The position numbers and the translations under genes are program-made. Below the pieces are notes generated by a model. That model ran no database searches, was not told the DNA's origin, and saw only the letters and a list, made by a program, of their open reading frames with translations. 19,523 bases of DNA from Candidatus Velthaea sp. (GTDB taxonomy: Bacteria > Vulcanimicrobiota > Vulcanimicrobiia > Vulcanimicrobiales > Vulcanimicrobiaceae), in NCBI GenBank assembly GCA_050012475.1, contig JBEKHC010000094.1:1-19523 (forward strand), read 5' to 3'. Shown in pieces: positions 1 to 7,941 of this stretch. Positions within the stretch are counted from its first letter, which is position 1, and every line of letters starts with the position of its first letter.

Positions 1-85
1 CGATCGCCGTGAACTGCATCGCGGCGTTGCGGGTGAAGTTGGTGAGGACTTCACCCAGAAAGAACTTGAGTTTGCCCCAATCCAC
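1..85 (-). CDS. ftsX: Cell division permease FtsX, N-terminal fragment (runs off the window)
   Basis: Not in the ORF track. GTG at 85-83 reads MDWGKLKFFLGEVLTNFTRNAAMQFTAI..., matching the FtsX N-terminal 'F/YFxxE....RN..M' pattern, and overlaps the 3' end of ftsE as in ftsEX operons. Confidence 0.85.
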   Translation of the reverse strand, partial: MDWGKLKFFLGEVLTNFTRNAAMQFTAI

Positions 86-761
86 GGAAGTAGTAGCCTC
101 GCTCGTCGTCGTGGAGTATCTTGCCGTCTTCGAGCCGGACGACGCGCCGGCGCATGCGGTCGACCACCGCTGCGTTGTGCGTCGCGACCACCACGGTCGT
201 ACCTTTGAGATTGATGCGCTGCAACAGTTCCATGATCTCGGTGGTGTTCGACGGATCGAGGTTGCCGGTCGGTTCGTCGCACAAGAGAATCTTCGGATTG
301 TTGACCAGCGCGCGCGCGATCGCCGCGCGCTGCTGCTCGCCGCCGGACAGTTCGCTCGGCAGCATCTGGGCCTTGTGAGAAAGGCCGACCAGATCGAGCG
401 AGCGCGGCACCTGACGCTTGACGTCTTTGGTGTTGGCGCCGGTGACCTGTAAAGCGAACGCGACGTTTTCCCACACGGTCTTGTGGGTCAGGAGTTTGAA
501 ATCTTGAAACACCACGCCGATATTGCGCCGCAGTGCCGGAACCCTGGACCGGCGCAGTCTGTCGACGCGCACGTCGTCGACGACGACCGTGCCCGCCGTC
601 GGCCGCATCTCGCGGTACAGCAGCTTGAGGAGGCTCGATTTTCCCGTGCCGGAGTGGCCGACGAGAAAAACGAACGACCCCTTCGCGACTTCTAAGTCGA
701 CGTCGTTGAGGGCGCACACGCCGTTCGGATAGGTCAGCGTTACGCCGCGGAGGCTGATCAT
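51..761 (-). CDS. ftsE: Cell division ATP-binding protein FtsE
   Basis: Walker A GHSGTGKS, IGVVFQDFKLL Q-loop, LSGGEQQR signature, LLCDEPTGNLD, ATH switch. Start placed at ATG 761 (MISLRGVTLTY) with GAGG upstream, not at the ORF-track start 806. Confidence 0.95.
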   Translation of the reverse strand: MISLRGVTLTYPNGVCALNDVDLEVAKGSFVFLVGHSGTGKSSLLKLLYREMRPTAGTVVVDDVRVDRLRRSRVPALRRNIGVVFQDFKLLTHKTVWENVAFALQVTGANTKDVKRQVPRSLDLVGLSHKAQMLPSELSGGEQQRAAIARALVNNPKILLCDEPTGNLDPSNTTEIMELLQRINLKGTTVVVATHNAAVVDRMRRRVVRLEDGKILHDDERGYYFRGLGQTQVLSG

Positions 762-816
762 CGCTGTAGGCCGCCTCGCATTGTTGAGAGGGATTTTTCC
801 CAACACGCCTGAGTCA

Positions 817-830
817 TACCTTCGCCCATG
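817..830 (+). promoter_or_regulatory. Possible -10 element for a leaderless acyl-CoA dehydrogenase mRNA
   Basis: TACCTT (TANNNT, 817-822) sits 5 nt before ATG 828 and there is no Shine-Dalgarno. The same geometry occurs at dnaE2. Confidence 0.4.
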
Positions 831-1976
831 AACTTTGATTTGTCAGGGGATCAACAAGCGATTCAGCAGCTGTGCCGCGATTTTGCGCGCGAAGTCGTGG
901 CGCCGCAGGCCGAAGCGCTTGACCGGGAAGCCGCATTTCCCTACGACATCGTCAAGCAGATGGCGGGCTTGGGATTGCTCGGGCTTCCGTTTCCCGAAGA
1001 ATACGGCGGGGCCGGCGCCGACACCATCAGCTACGCGCTCGCGGTGATGGAACTCGCGCGCATCGACGCGTCGGTCGCGATCACACTCGCGGCGCACGTC
1101 TCGCTGGGTGCGTCGCCGTTCCACTTGTTCGGCACCGAGGCCCAGAAGCGCGAGTACCTGATCCCGCTGGCCCGCGGCGAGCAGTTGTGGGGGTTCGGAC
1201 TGACCGAGCCCGGCGCGGGATCCGACGCCGGCGCAACGCAGACCCGCGCGGAGCTGAAGGCGGGCCGCTGGGTCATCAACGGGACGAAGGCGTTCATCAC
1301 CAACAGCGGTACCGAAATCACGGGCGGAACGACGATCACCGCAGTCACCGGCACCGCGGCCGACGGGCACAAGGAGATCTCGAATCTGATCGTGCCCCAG
1401 GCCACGCCGGGCTTCAGCCGCTCGAAAAAGTATAACAAAATGGGCTGGCGGGCCTCGGACACCCGCGAGTTGTCGTTCGTCGATGCTGCCGTCCCGGAGG
1501 ACAACCTGCTCGGCCCGCGCGGCGAGGGGCTCAAGCAATTTCTCGCCGTGCTCGACGGGGGCCGCATCTCGGTCGCCGCGTTGTCCGTTGGTTTGGCCTG
1601 GGGCGCCTACGATGAAGCGCTTAAGTACGCGCAGCAGCGGGTCGCCTTCGGCCGCCCGATCTCTAAGTTTCAAGCCATCCAGTTCAAGTTAGCCGACATG
1701 CTCGTCGAGATCGAGCACGCGCGGATGATGGTGCTCAAAGCGGCTTGGGAGAAAGACGCCGGCCGCGAATTCGCGTTGACGGCGTCGCTGGCCAAGCTCT
1801 ATTCCGGCGAAGTTTCGCGCCGGGTCGTCAACGAGGCGGTGCAGATTCACGGCGGCTACGGATTCATGGATGAGTATCCGGTGTCGCGCATGTACCGCGA
1901 TCAGAAAATCAACGAGATCGGTGAGGGCACCAATGAGATTCAGCGGCTAGTGATCGCACGCTTGATCGGATTATAA
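828..1976 (+). CDS. Acyl-CoA dehydrogenase (short/branched-chain-like, substrate unknown)
   Basis: FGLTEPGAGSD, INGTKAFITN, KMGWRASDT, LDGGRI, QIHGGYG and IGEGTNEIQR (catalytic Glu) motifs; 382 aa. Confidence 0.95.
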   Translation: MNFDLSGDQQAIQQLCRDFAREVVAPQAEALDREAAFPYDIVKQMAGLGLLGLPFPEEYGGAGADTISYALAVMELARIDASVAITLAAHVSLGASPFHLFGTEAQKREYLIPLARGEQLWGFGLTEPGAGSDAGATQTRAELKAGRWVINGTKAFITNSGTEITGGTTITAVTGTAADGHKEISNLIVPQATPGFSRSKKYNKMGWRASDTRELSFVDAAVPEDNLLGPRGEGLKQFLAVLDGGRISVAALSVGLAWGAYDEALKYAQQRVAFGRPISKFQAIQFKLADMLVEIEHARMMVLKAAWEKDAGREFALTASLAKLYSGEVSRRVVNEAVQIHGGYGFMDEYPVSRMYRDQKINEIGEGTNEIQRLVIARLIGL

Positions 1977-1980
1977 CGGT

Positions 1981-2053
1981 GACAGCTCGAGCGTGAACCA
2001 TGCCGCCAACCGGGAATTCTTGCCGAGCGGTGACACACGCTCGTGAATCTGTC
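1981..2053. other. Long imperfect intergenic stem-loop
   Basis: Nested inverted repeats GACAG 1981-85/CTGTC 2049-53, CGAGCGTG 1988-95/CACGCTCG 2036-43 and CCGC/GCGG; no U-tract. Confidence 0.4.
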
Positions 2054-2078
2054 GACAGCGTTGAGGCGTCAAAGCAGC

Positions 2079-2645
2079 ATGACCCAAGAAACGCCTCGAA
2101 ACGAATCAAAGCCGAGCTGGCCGGCAGTTGCCGTTTTTTTGGCCTTGCTGCTGACCGCGGCGCCGGCGCGTGCCGCGCTCAAAACGGGAGCAATGGCACC
2201 GGATTTCACGGCTCAAGCGGCGCTTGGCGGCGACGTTCGCGGCTTTCAACTCAAAACGGCTTTGGCCAAGGGCCCGGTCGTGCTCTATTTCTTTCCGAAG
2301 TCGTTCACGCGGGGCTGCACCGTCGAGGCGCACGCGTTCTCCGATCACATCGCGGAATTTCGTCGCTACGGTGCGACGGTAATCGGCGTGAGTTCGGACG
2401 ACATCGCGACCCAGAAGCGGTTTTCAACCCAGGAGTGCCGCTCGAACTTCCTGGTTGCCAGCGACCCGCAGTTGACGGTCGCGCGCGAGTACGATGCGGT
2501 GCTCATGGGCTCGTTTGCCAACCGCACGTCGTATGTGATCGCTCCGGATGGGAAAGTGATCGAAAGCTTCACGAATCTTGCTCCGCTCGGCCACATCGAC
2601 AATGCGCTCAATGCGCTGCGCGCGTATAAGGAGAAATCGTCATGA
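2079..2645 (+). CDS. BCP/PrxQ-family peroxiredoxin with N-terminal signal peptide
   Basis: VVLYFFPKSFTRGCTVEA (PxxxTxxC peroxidatic motif), VIGVSSD, second Cys in TQECRS, RTSYVIAPDGKV (catalytic Arg). Hydrophobic leader AVAVFLALLLTAAPARA with AxA cleavage site. Start ATG 2079 preferred over GTG 2043. Confidence 0.9.
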   Translation: MTQETPRNESKPSWPAVAVFLALLLTAAPARAALKTGAMAPDFTAQAALGGDVRGFQLKTALAKGPVVLYFFPKSFTRGCTVEAHAFSDHIAEFRRYGATVIGVSSDDIATQKRFSTQECRSNFLVASDPQLTVAREYDAVLMGSFANRTSYVIAPDGKVIESFTNLAPLGHIDNALNALRAYKEKSS

Positions 2646-2664
2646 CGTTCCCCGGGGGCTGCGC

Positions 2665-3054
2665 GTGAACCGGATCGACGAAGAGGAGCTCTGGCGCCTG
2701 GTCGACGTTCCGTTCGAAAAACTCGATGCGCTTCCGTTCGGCGCGATCGTCGTCGATCTCAACGGCACGATCGTTGCCTACAATCAGTACGAGGCGCGCC
2801 TTGCGCGCCAAGAGCGCGACGCCGTGTTGGGCAAGAACTTTTTTGCGGACGTGGCGCCGTGCACGGCGGTACGGACGTTCGAGGGCCGGCTGCTGACCTT
2901 TGCCAGCGGCAAGGCCACGGTCGGCGAGCGCTTTAATTACTTCTTCCCGTTCGCGCACGGCCCGGTCGACGTGACGATTACCTTCCTCAAATTGCGCGGC
3001 AAAGATCAGATCTTGATCGCCGTCGAACGAGCTGAAGTGCTGCCGCCTGCTTAA
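2665..3054 (+). CDS. pyp: Photoactive yellow protein (PYP) homologue, single PAS domain, ~129 aa
   Basis: LDALPFGAIVVDLNGTIVAYNQYE...LGKNFFADVAPCT aligns gap-free with H. halophila PYP ([21 protein letters not shown]...IGKNFFKDVAPCT). Tyr42, Glu46 and chromophore-binding Cys69 (TGC 2860-2862) are conserved. Start GTG 2665 chosen because the ORF-track extension overlaps the Prx gene. Confidence 0.85.
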   Translation: MNRIDEEELWRLVDVPFEKLDALPFGAIVVDLNGTIVAYNQYEARLARQERDAVLGKNFFADVAPCTAVRTFEGRLLTFASGKATVGERFNYFFPFAHGPVDVTITFLKLRGKDQILIAVERAEVLPPA

Positions 3055-5450
3055 ACCAGAGCAGGCTGCGGCAGGTCGACGCGATGCGCGCCGCGCCGCG
3101 CCGCGGCTTCGGCGAGATCGATGCTCGACGTAAAAAGAATCGCTTGCGCGTCGCGGGCGCCGCGTTCGACGATCGGCAGACAGCGCTCGATGCGCGCGGC
3201 ATCCCAATAGGCAAACGGATCGTCGAGCAGTAGCGGCGGCGTTTCGATCCCTTCGGCAAACATGCGCGCCATCGCGAAGCGCACGACGAGATAGGTTTGA
3301 TCGCGGGTACCGGCTGAGACCGCATCGAGGTCTACGATGGTGCCGGTTTCGGGAACGCGGACGCGGATCGCCAGTGTCCGCGGATCGACAAATAGTTCCG
3401 CGTAGCGCCCGGCGGTGATGGCGCTCAGCGTTGCCGCCGCGTAATCCTCGAGCCGTCGCGCGAAGGCGCGATGGGCTTCACCGGTTCGGTGTTCGAGGGT
3501 CGTTTTCGCCAAGCGAACGGCGCGCTCGAAGCCTTCGATTCGAGCGACTTCGGCCGCCGTGCGCGCCAGGCGTTCGTCGAGTTCGGCCAGGTCCGTCGTT
3601 TGCGATGCCAGGCCGGCAAGTTCGCCGCCCAACCGGGCGTACGTATCGCGCGCGATGCGTAATTGCTCGCCGATCGAAGCCCGTTCGTGCTCGGCCGCGC
3701 GCAGCGCGCCGGCCGTATCTTCGTCGGCCGCTTCGACCCCGCCGTGCTGCAGTTCGGCGAGTTCCGACTCGAGCGCGAATTCGTCGTCGTTGCCCAAGAT
3801 CGTAGGCTTGCGCATCTCGAGCGCGTGCAGGTGCGCGCCGATGCCGTCGCGTTCGCGCCGCCGCGCCGCGAGGGCGTTCACGGCGGCTTTGCGTGCCGCT
3901 CGTTCACCGCGAACGTCGGGGAGCAGCATTGCCGCAAGGCGGTCGAAGCGCGCGCCGGCTGCGTCGGCGGCGAACCGCGCCGATTGCACGCGATCCGTGC
4001 ACTCCTCGAACGCGCGCTTGCGGTTCAGCAATTCGGTCAGCCGAGCGCGGCGGGCAGCCAAGTCCTCGAACTGTTCGATGCCCAGCGGATCGAGGACGGC
4101 GCTCACGGCATTGGCGGCCGCGCCTTCGGCGCTGAGTGCGTCGTCCGCGATGCGCTGTTTTTCGCGCACGCGTTGCTCGCGCCGCGCCCGCTCGCGGTGC
4201 TTGACGAACGCAACGGACAGACCGGCCACGGCGGCGACCGCCGCGACGGCGGTCCACATCCAGCTATGAGCGATGGCAAAGCCGATCGCGACGCACAGCG
4301 CGGTCAGGCCGGCGGCCAGCATGAGGCCGCGCAGGCTTGCGCCGTCGCTGTCGGCGCGGGCCGCGGCGGCTTCGCGGGCCGCGTTCGACGCCGTTACGCG
4401 CGCCGCGCTCGCGCGCGCATGCGCGGCGCCCAGCGCGGCGTAGGTCGTTTCGTCGACCGATCCCGGGCCGCGCCGGAGTTGCTCGAGTTCGCTGCGTTCA
4501 GCCTCGCCCAGGCGCGCGGCGTCGGCTTGCGCCTGGGTCGCCGCCGCGGCTTGTCCCGCGGCTTCCCAAGCGTAGAAGGCTTCATCGACGTCGTGCGCGC
4601 GTTCGGGAGAAAAATCGGCGACGTCGGCGTACGCCGCGTGGTCGGTTTGCAGCGCAGCGAGCTCGGCGCGAAAGTCGCGCAGCTTGGCCAGCCGTTTCGC
4701 AATGCCGCCGGCGTGCAGCGAACGAATCCGCCGATCGACTTCGGCTGCGGTCGAGGTCAGCCGTTCGCGTTCTTGTCCGGCGCGTTCCAGCCGGTCGCGC
4801 ACGTCGTCAAGACGGTCGAGTTGGGCTCGCGCCGCCTCGACCTGCGCGCGTTGCTGGTCGGCGAACGCGCGCAGGTCGCGCAGCGGCGTGTTTTTGCGTG
4901 CGCGCTCGCTGCCGACATGGGTCCGCAACGCTTCGTCGAGCCGGGCGATTGCGCCCAGCGCCGCATCTTCACGCGGTCCGCCGTCGAGCGCGCGCGCTAA
5001 GTGGGCGGCGAGCGGACCGGCCGCTTTGCCGTCGTCGATCGCCATGGCTTGCTGTTTGACGCAGGCCGCGTTGAGGAAGACCTCGAGCGGGACGCCCAGG
5101 TGGGCTTCGCCCGGCACGAGTTTCTGGCCGCCGAGTTTCGCTGAGATCTCGTTGCCGGCGCGATCGTAGACGTGCAGCCCCTTCGCGTCGCGCTCGAAAT
5201 CGCGCCGGACTTCGATCTGTTCGCCGTCGGCGAGTACGTAGACGAGCGCGGTGGAAAATGCGCCGCCGCCCCAGGGACGCCAGGCATCTTTCTTGCGCTC
5301 GGCGCCGTAGAGCGTTGCGACGATCGCGTTGGCCAAGGTGGATTTGCCGCTTTCGTTCGGACCGTACACGACGTTGAGGCCGCTGGCGAAATCGAAGCGC
5401 CGTTCGGCCAGCCGGCCGAAGCCGGTGATGTTGAGCGAGGTGAGGATCAC
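3051..5450 (-). CDS. YhaN/AAA_27-type SbcC/Rad50-like coiled-coil ATPase with central transmembrane hairpin (~799 aa)
   Basis: Start GTG 5450 overlaps the nuclease stop (GTGA). ILTSLNITGFG, Walker A GPNESGKS, long coiled coils, signature VSAGTRDQTYL, Walker B/D-loop PLLLDDPFAYWD, hydrophobic pair near residues 375-416. Confidence 0.85.
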   Translation of the reverse strand: MILTSLNITGFGRLAERRFDFASGLNVVYGPNESGKSTLANAIVATLYGAERKKDAWRPWGGGAFSTALVYVLADGEQIEVRRDFERDAKGLHVYDRAGNEISAKLGGQKLVPGEAHLGVPLEVFLNAACVKQQAMAIDDGKAAGPLAAHLARALDGGPREDAALGAIARLDEALRTHVGSERARKNTPLRDLRAFADQQRAQVEAARAQLDRLDDVRDRLERAGQERERLTSTAAEVDRRIRSLHAGGIAKRLAKLRDFRAELAALQTDHAAYADVADFSPERAHDVDEAFYAWEAAGQAAAATQAQADAARLGEAERSELEQLRRGPGSVDETTYAALGAAHARASAARVTASNAAREAAAARADSDGASLRGLMLAAGLTALCVAIGFAIAHSWMWTAVAAVAAVAGLSVAFVKHRERARREQRVREKQRIADDALSAEGAAANAVSAVLDPLGIEQFEDLAARRARLTELLNRKRAFEECTDRVQSARFAADAAGARFDRLAAMLLPDVRGERAARKAAVNALAARRRERDGIGAHLHALEMRKPTILGNDDEFALESELAELQHGGVEAADEDTAGALRAAEHERASIGEQLRIARDTYARLGGELAGLASQTTDLAELDERLARTAAEVARIEGFERAVRLAKTTLEHRTGEAHRAFARRLEDYAAATLSAITAGRYAELFVDPRTLAIRVRVPETGTIVDLDAVSAGTRDQTYLVVRFAMARMFAEGIETPPLLLDDPFAYWDAARIERCLPIVERGARDAQAILFTSSIDLAEAAARRGAHRVDLPQPALV

Positions 5451-6538
5451 GGCGCGATCTCCTCGCCCTCGAAGGCGGCGACGACGTATGCCAATGCGCG
5501 CTCGGCGTCGGCGTTGCCGCTCTCCAAACGCTCGAGCAGATCGCGCACGACGTGCCCGCGGACGTTGGGCTGCTGCGCCAATTCGGCGTAATCGGCAGCG
5601 ATCGTCCGATCGATGACTTCGAGCGCAGCGAGCCGTGCGCCGCAGCGTTCGGCGAGCAGCTCCGCATCGACCCGCGTACCGCGGGCGACGGTGCCCTGCA
5701 GCCGGGCGCGCACGTAGTCGTTGCCGCCGCAGTCGGCGAGGACCGATTCGAGCCCAGCGAGGACGGCGCGTTCCGTGGTGGCGCCGTCGAGGCGCACGTC
5801 GCATTCGATCAGCCGCGAGCGCGCCAACCCGACCGCTTCGACCCGCACGTTGCCGGCGGCGACGGTGACGACCAAGGCGCCGTGGCTGCCCCGTTCGCCG
5901 AACCGAATCGGCTCAGGTGAACCCGGATAGGCGAGAATCGGCGTGCCGGCCTCCTCGACGACATAGCCGCCGTGATAGTGCCCCGACAGTGCGAGCGTCG
6001 CTCCCGACGCGCGGATCTCCGCCGTCGTGAACGGCGCCGTCGCGCGCTTGCCCGGCGGACAGCGGTCTTCGTCACTGCCGTGCACGAGTGCGAGCCGCAC
6101 GCCGGGCCGGTCGAAATGCGCTTTCGCAAACGGGCGCCCGGGCTCGGCCGGCGTGTGTCCGAATCCGTATAAGGTGACCCCGTCGGCGAGTGGGAACGCG
6201 GTCCAGGCCGGATCGGCAAACACCCGCACGTTGGCCGGTTTGTCGACCCGCGCGTAAAGCGAATGCGCCCCGTAAGGATCGTGATTGCCGGGTGCGACGT
6301 ACACCGGTTTGGCGAAGCGCGCGAACTGTTCGTAGATCAGGCGCGCGGTTTGCGGACCGGCCCGTTGCGCTTCGAACAGGTCGCCGCCGATGGTGAGGAC
6401 GTCGGCATTGCGGGCAAGCGCGAGGTCGACGACGCGAGCGAACGCATCGGCCAGCGCCGCGCGTCGCCGGCTGCCGCCGCGAACGTCGGAGAAGATGGTC
6501 TCGAGGTGAACGTCCGCCGCGTGGACGATCGTCAGCAC
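5447..6538 (-). CDS. YhaO/SbcD/Mre11-like metallophosphoesterase nuclease (~363 aa)
   Basis: All five motifs present: ADVH, GGDLFE, GNHD, VHG, SGHYH, plus YPGSPE. Start GTG 6538 (MLTIVHAADVHL). Confidence 0.9.
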   Translation of the reverse strand: MLTIVHAADVHLETIFSDVRGGSRRRAALADAFARVVDLALARNADVLTIGGDLFEAQRAGPQTARLIYEQFARFAKPVYVAPGNHDPYGAHSLYARVDKPANVRVFADPAWTAFPLADGVTLYGFGHTPAEPGRPFAKAHFDRPGVRLALVHGSDEDRCPPGKRATAPFTTAEIRASGATLALSGHYHGGYVVEEAGTPILAYPGSPEPIRFGERGSHGALVVTVAAGNVRVEAVGLARSRLIECDVRLDGATTERAVLAGLESVLADCGGNDYVRARLQGTVARGTRVDAELLAERCGARLAALEVIDRTIAADYAELAQQPNVRGHVVRDLLERLESGNADAERALAYVVAAFEGEEIAP

Positions 6539-6581
6539 GGAACCGCCAACGTACCGGCGGAATGCGGCATCGGCAACGATA

Positions 6582-7478
6582 TCAAGCGAGATACCGGCGA
6601 AACCAAACCAGCGTCTTCGTCCATGCGTCGGCGGCCGCCGTCGCGACGTATGACGGGCGCGTATCGTCGAAGAACGCGTGACCGGCTTCGGGATAGATAT
6701 CCAGCTCATGCGGTGCGCGCAGCAGTCCGAACATCGTGCGCACGTCGGCGGGTGCGATGCCCGTATCGCGCCCGCCGTAGTTCCCCCGCACCGGCGTTGT
6801 TATGCGCTCGACGTAGGCGAACGTTTGGGGCGTAGTCGGGGCGTCGCGCGGTGTTCCTGGCCGTACGTCGCCGTAAAAGATGGACGCGGCTGCGAATGCG
6901 TCGGACCCGATGAGCTGCTTGAACGCGATCCCTCCGCCCATGCAAAAGCCGGTAATTCCGATCTTTGCTTGCGCTGCTTTCGCGGCGACCCACGCGCGCG
7001 CCGCCGCTATGTCGCCCGCCACGACGTCGTCGCGCAGCGCAGCGGCCGCCGGGCGAAAGAGCGCAATATCGTCGGCGCCGTCACCGCTGGGTGGGTTCGA
7101 GCGCGCGAAGAGGTTGGGCGCGATGCAGATATAGCCGGCTTTGGCGTACCGTCGCACGTCGTCGCGCAGTGTCGTATCGACGCCCCAGATGTGATGCACC
7201 AGAACGACGCCGGGCGTTGTTGCGGCAAGCGCGCTAGGCCACGCGGCGTACGCGTCGACCACGGCATCGGGTCGCGCGAGCCGGACGTGCTCGGCCGTTA
7301 TTTCGGGATCGTCGGGCGCGACGATCGGTGCGTGCGGTTTGCCGAAATCCGCCGTGCTTTGGGCGAGCGCGGCGGTTCCCGCCGAAGCCGCCGCCGCGGC
7401 GCCGGCGCTCAAACCAACGAAGGCCTTACGATTGAACGCCGCGGGGGACGATGCGTTGGGATCGGCGACTTCGGACAT
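6582..7478 (-). CDS. Dienelactone hydrolase family protein with Tat-like leader
   Basis: Nucleophile GFCMGG, acid in GGRD, His in AGHAF; strong SD GAAGGAG; leader FNRKAFVGLSAGAAAAA...ALAQ. Confidence 0.9.
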   Translation of the reverse strand: MSEVADPNASSPAAFNRKAFVGLSAGAAAAASAGTAALAQSTADFGKPHAPIVAPDDPEITAEHVRLARPDAVVDAYAAWPSALAATTPGVVLVHHIWGVDTTLRDDVRRYAKAGYICIAPNLFARSNPPSGDGADDIALFRPAAAALRDDVVAGDIAAARAWVAAKAAQAKIGITGFCMGGGIAFKQLIGSDAFAAASIFYGDVRPGTPRDAPTTPQTFAYVERITTPVRGNYGGRDTGIAPADVRTMFGLLRAPHELDIYPEAGHAFFDDTRPSYVATAAADAWTKTLVWFRRYLA

Positions 7479-7609
7479 GAACGCTCCTTCGATGATCGAG
7501 ATGCTCGCGCTTTGTTCGGCGCGCAGTCACCTTGCGTCGCTTACCGATAACAGCGCCGCGCGGCGCGCGTCGCTCGAGCAAACGCATTGCTTCCATTCTC
7601 GATTCGGCG

Positions 7610-7629
7610 AGTGCCATACCCTTGGCACT
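7610..7629. promoter_or_regulatory. Inverted repeat AGTGCCA-N6-TGGCACT, possible operator
   Basis: Perfect 7-bp arms (7610-7616, 7623-7629) in the ~700-bp divergent intergenic region; regulator unknown. Confidence 0.3.
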
Positions 7630-7862
7630 TCAAAGAAACGAGAGATCGGCCATCGCGGGACGCGGCCGTTTTCTTCCGGCTCGGTTGCAAACAATGAAAA
7701 CCACCGGGCTGCCGGCCGGCATCGTCAAGGCGAGGCGCGACGGCGTCAGGCCGGCCGGTGTTGCACGCGCTTCCTTCGACGATCGTGGACGTCAGCAGAG
7801 CGCGCCATGCAAAGCATTCGATGCTGCCGCGCGCTGCGGTTGTTTCGCTCTGCGGGTCGAGG

Positions 7863-7941
7863 GGATTCGCCTCGGCTGCGCTCGACGAATCCATCGCGTT
7901 CGGCTTCGCCGAGCCGGAGAGTGCACCGAGCGAAGCCGAGG
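7863..7941. repeat. REP/REPIN-like inverted doublet
   Basis: CCTCGGCTGCGCTCG (7870-7884) is 14/15 complementary to CGAGCGAAGCCGAGG (7927-7941). A third partial copy TCGGCTTCGC lies at 7900-7909, and GGATTCG/CGAATCC arms lie at 7863-69/7886-92. Confidence 0.5.

Noticed and set aside
3663..5000. Long antisense or alternate-frame ORFs (also 8195-9889, 11434-13263, 12264-13559, 13780-15042, 16900-18171)
   Set aside because: Shadow ORFs expected from high-GC codon bias over well-supported genes; no recognisable motifs.
5451..5804. N-terminal extension of the ATPase ORF (likewise pgm to 18207 and the nuclease to 6709)
   Set aside because: These overlap neighbouring real genes; family homology begins at the downstream GTG starts.
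7478..7491. Second LexA box TGAAC-GCTC-CTTCG before the hydrolase-nuclease-ATPase genes
   Set aside because: Mismatch in the core GTTC; the sequence is explained by the Shine-Dalgarno.
7609..7630. CIRCE (HrcA) element
   Set aside because: Half-sites resemble CIRCE but are in swapped order with the wrong spacer, and no chaperone gene is adjacent.
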